Shown here: positions 59,740-64,000 of the stretch, piece by piece
How positions within the stretch are numbered: the stretch's first letter is position 1
How the letters are laid out: the number at the start of each line of letters is the position of its first letter
Origin: Mobula hypostoma
Lineage: Eukaryota
Direction: 5' to 3'
DNA length: 64,000 bases
NCBI RefSeq assembly: GCF_963921235.1
Contig: NC_086097.1
Location: 2,046,001 to 2,110,000, forward strand
Made by a program: the position numbers and the translations under genes
Notes under the pieces: generated by a model
What the model saw: the letters and a program-made list of their open reading frames with translations, nothing else
Told to the model about the DNA's origin: nothing
Databases searched by the model: none

Positions 59740-62700
59740 TTAAATGTACAGACGGGACAAGCAGGGCAGCCATTGTAGGGAGTAGGCCGTGGTGAGAGTA
59801 GGAGTGTCAGGCTTTGACTCAGAGGAGGCTTTGGCTCGAAAGAGGCGTTGGCTCTGTAGAAGCTTTTTTCCCCTTACGGTACCTAGAGTAGTAAATGGCT
59901 GTTGTGTGTTCTTCACGCAGGTTGTTGGAGTCCTGGGAGACCCAAAGTCCCCCAGGGAACTACATCTGCGTGAAGTACATCTGGCTGCAGCTCCTTGAAG
60001 ACCATGTCAGGGATCTGGAGCAGCAGCTGGATGACCTTCGGCTTGAACAGGAGAGTGAGGAGATCATCGATCAGAGTTTAGGGAAGCAGTCACCTCGAAG
60101 TTGCAGGAGGTGAGGAGCTGGGCGACTGTCAGGAGGAATGGAAATGTGAATAGGCAGTCAGCACAGAGCTCCCCTCTGGCCATTCCTCTTGATAATAAGT
60201 ATTCCGTTTTGGATACTGTTGTGGGATGACCTCCCAGGGGAATGCCACGGAGACCGGGTTATTGACACTGAGCATAGGTCTGTGGTGTAGAAGGGAAAGA
60301 TGGAGAAGAGGGGAGTGATAGTGATAAGGGACTTGATATTGAGGGGAACAGACAGGAGATCCTGTGGACGTGAACAGGACACCCGGATGGTATGTTGCCT
60401 CCCAGGTGCCAGGGTCGGGGATGTCTCAGATCACATCCACAACATTTTGGAGGGGGAGGGAGAGCAGCCAGATATCTTGATACATACAGTATTGGTACCG
60501 ATAACATAGGAAGGAAAAGCAAAGAGGTCCTGAAGAGAGAATTTAGAGAGCTATGTAGAAAGCTGATGAGCAGGACCTCTGGGGTAGTAATTTCTGGATT
60601 GCTGCCTGTGCTACACACCAGTGAGGGTAGAAACAGGATGATTTGGCAGATTAATGTGTGGCTGAGAAGCTGGTGAAAGGGACAAGGCTTCAGGTTCTTG
60701 GATCATTGGGATCTCCCCGGCAGGGGGTATGACCTGTTCAAAAGTGACGGGTTACACCTGAACCCGAGGGGAACCAATATTCAGCAGGCAGGTTTGTTAA
60801 AGCTATTGGGGAGGGTTTAAACTCATTTGGCAGGGGGGGTGAGAACCAGAGTGAAGGGACTCAGGATAGGACGGATGGCAAAAAAGCAAAGATAGCATGT
60901 AGTCAGACTGTCAGGAAGGGCAGGCAGGTGATGGGACAAAATTGCCAACAGCAGGATGAGTATCAGTACATTAGGGATGCAGAATCAGAAAGGATAGTAA
61001 ATACACTACTCAAGGTGTTGTATCTCAATGCACGGAGTATAAGAAATAAGGTGGTTATTGCACTATTACAGATTGTCAGGCATGATGCTGTGACCATCAC
61101 TGAATCATGGCTGAAGGATGGTAGTAGTTGGGAGCTGAATGTCCAAGGTTACACATTGTATCGGAGGGACAGGAAGGTGGGCAGAGGGGGTGGTGTGGCT
61201 CTGCTGGTAAAGAATGGCATCAAATCATTAGGAAGATGTGACATAGGATCGGAAGATGTTGAATCCTTGTGAGTTGAGTTAAGGAACTGCAAGGGTAAAA
61301 GAACCCTGATGGAAGTTATATACAGGCTTCCCAACAATAGCTGGGAGGTGGACCACAGATTACAACAGGAAATAGAAAAGGTATGTCAAAATTAAAAGTT
61401 TTTTCACATATGTAAAAAATGAAAGAGAGATGAGAGTGGATATAGGACCACCAGAAAATGAGGCCCAAGAAATAACAACAGGCGCCAGCAAGATGGCAGA
61501 TGATCTAAATGAGCATTTTGCATCAGCTTTCACTGTGGAAGACATCAGCAGTGTGCCAGATAGAAACATAGACATACAGAAAATCTACAGCACATTACAG
61601 GCCCTTTGGCCCACAATGTTGTGCCGACCATGTAATCTACTCCAGAAGCTGCCCAGAATTTCCCCAGCACATAGACCTCTATTTTTCTCAGGTCCATGTT
61701 CCTATCTAGGAGGTTCTTAAAAGACCCTATTGTATCTGCCTCTACTACCTTCACTGGCAGTGCATTCCACACACCCACCACTCTCTGTGTGAAAAACTTA
61801 CCTCTCAGATCCCCCTTGTACCTACTTCCAAGCACCTTAAACTATGCCCCCTCATGTTAGCCATTTCAGCCCTGGGAAAAAGCCTCTGACTATCCACACG
61901 ATCAATGCCTCTCATCATCTTATACACCTCTATCAGGTCATGTCTCATCCTCCATCGCTCCAAGGAGAAAAAGTGAAGTTCATTCAACCTATTCTCATGA
62001 GGCATGCTCTCTAATCGAGGCAATGTCCTCGTAAGTCTCCTTTGCACTCTCTCTATAGCATCCACATCCTGTAGTGAGGTGACCAGAATTGAGCACAGTA
62101 CTCCAAGTGGGGTCTGACCAGGGTCCTATATAGCTGCAACATTACCTCTTGGCTCTTGACCTCAGTTTCATGGTTGACGAAGGTCAATGCACCATTTGCC
62201 TTCTTAACCACACTGTCAACCTGTGCAGCAGCTTTGAGTGTCCTATGGACTCGGACCCTAAGATCTCGCCGATCCTCCACATTGCCAAGAGTCTTACCAT
62301 TAATATTATATTCTGTCTTCAAATTTGACGTACTGAAATGAGCCACTTCACACTTATCTGGGTTGGACTCCATCTGCCACTTCTCCGCCCAGTTCTGCAT
62401 CCTATCGATGTCCCACTGACAACCCTCCAGACTATCCAGAACACCCCCAACTTCTGTGTCATCAGCAAACTTACTAAACCACCCTTCTACTTCCTCATCC
62501 AGGTCATTTATAAAAATCACAAAGAGAAGGGGTCCCAGAACAGATCCCTGTGGAACACCACTGATCACCGACCTTCATGCAGAATACAAACCATCTACAA
62601 CCACCCTTTGCCTTCTGTGGGCAAACCAATTCTGGATCCATAAAGCAAGTTCTCCTTGGATCCCATGCCTCATTACTTTCTGAAGGAGCCTGGCATGGGG

Positions 62701-63047
62701 AACCTTATCAAATGCCTTGCTGAAATCCATATACACTATATCTTGCTCTACCTTCATCAGTATGTTTTATTACATCCTCAAAGAATTCAATTAGGCTCAT
62801 AAGGCATGACTTGCTCTTGACAAAGCCATGCTGAATATCCCTAATCAGATTAGTTCTCTCCAAATACTGATAAATCCTGCTTCTCAAAATCTTCTCCAAC
62901 AACTTGCCCACCACTGAAGTAAAATGATGAAGGGTGTGAGGGAAGAGAAGTGAGTGGAGTTACTATTACAAGGGAGAAGGTGCTCAAAAAGCTGAAAGAC
63001 CTAAGGGTACATAAGTCACCCAGACCAGATGAATTGCACCTTAAGGT
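59740..63047 (+). mobile_element. Older CR1 with 5' UTR, degraded ORF1 and deleted ORF2 (pieces 59740-61560 and 62921-63047)
   Basis: ORF1 start MAVVCS..NYICVKY..LLEDHVRDLEQQL, esterase motifs, YLNARSIRNK, ITESW; sister of 39940-41971. Confidence 0.88.
61561..62920 (-). mobile_element. CR1 (second family) RT and 3' end
   Basis: MDFSKAFDKVPH, GVPQGSVLGPLLF, KFADDT, FFTQRVV; tail at 61561. Confidence 0.93.
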
Positions 63048-63515
63048 TAGAAACATAGAAACATAGAAAACCTACAGCACAATACAGGCCCTTTAGCCCG
63101 CAATGCTGTGCCAAACTGTACTACTTTAGAAATTACCTAGGGTTACCCATAGCCCTCTATTTTTCTAAGCTCCATGTACCTATCCAGGAGCCTCTTATAA
63201 TACCCTATCATATCCAAAAGACCATATTGTATCTTCTCTGTAGCATTTGTACTTAAACCATAAGATATAGGAGCAGAATAAAGCCACTTGGCCTATTGAG
63301 TCTACTCTGCTATTCTATCATGGCTGATTTATTTTTCCTGCAGTCTTAGACCCCCTGATTAATCAAGAACCTATCAACCTCTGCTTTAAATATACTCGAT
63401 GACTTGGCCTCCACAGCCGCCCGTAGCAATGAGTTCCACAGATTCACCAGTCTCTGGCTGAAGAAATTCCTCCTCATCTCTGTTCTGAATGGATGTCCCT
63501 CTACGCTGAGACTGT
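63048..63515 (-). mobile_element. Two CR1 3' tails (about 63048-63215 and 63255-63515)
   Basis: (catagaaa)n and accataag-type tails; FFSQRLVNLWNSL. Confidence 0.8.
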
Positions 63516-64000
63516 GAAACGATGTTAAAAGGCTGGACAGAGTGGATAGGATTCTTCCAGATACCAAGCCCAGGGCTACTGGTATCTTTCTAAGTTGACG
63601 TGGTGACTGGTCTATCATTGACACACGTAGCAGGATACAGTGTTTGCAGGCCATCTAGACAGATCACCCATACACGGGCACATCCTTCCATACACTTACT
63701 GCTAGAGCTTTCAAAACACTCACTCTTCACCAACACTCAATATTCACATGAGAAATTTTCTGAGAATTCCTACTTTATTGCACATGTTACAAAGTCACTC
63801 GTGATCAGAGAGTGCTTGGTGAAAGGTATCTTGCTGGGAGAGAGAGACATGATGTGCAAAGTATGTGAAGAACAAGGGGATTAGACAGAGCAGCATCCTA
63901 TCACCCTATCAGTGACCCCTCACTCACAGTTTCCACCCTTCCCATCTCTGCAACATAAAACATTTTTCCATAAGACATGGAAGCAGAATTAGGCCATTTG

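Overview
This is eukaryotic, transposon-saturated DNA. The CR1-dominated landscape with V-SINE-like, Rex1/Babar, L2 and Penelope-like repeats suggests a cartilaginous fish, probably a ray (inference). No host protein-coding exon or RNA gene could be identified. Essentially all long ORFs are fragments of CR1 LINE ORF1 (zinc finger/leucine zipper plus SGNH esterase) or ORF2 (APE plus RT), or their antisense shadows. Five young, highly similar CR1 copies (A 1046-2940, B 10073-13433, C 13848-16543 minus, D 34232-37302, E 52965-56168) sit among older CR1, Rex1, L2, Gypsy, hAT, Tc1/mariner, Penelope, Vingi, RTE-derived, R4/Dong and HERO fragments, often nested, plus five tandem arrays. The most striking signal is in the 3' UTR of the HERO element (6485-6560). 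All three hammerhead core strands and their complementary stems are present, but in a non-circularly permuted (pseudoknotted) order. Other highlights are minisatellites born from TE parts, bipartite non-coding RTE derivatives, a CR1 ORF1-module swap point, a 2.7-kb inverted CR1 pair and a recurrent CpG-derived stop codon. Family names come from motif recognition by eye, not database searches, and most boundaries are approximate.
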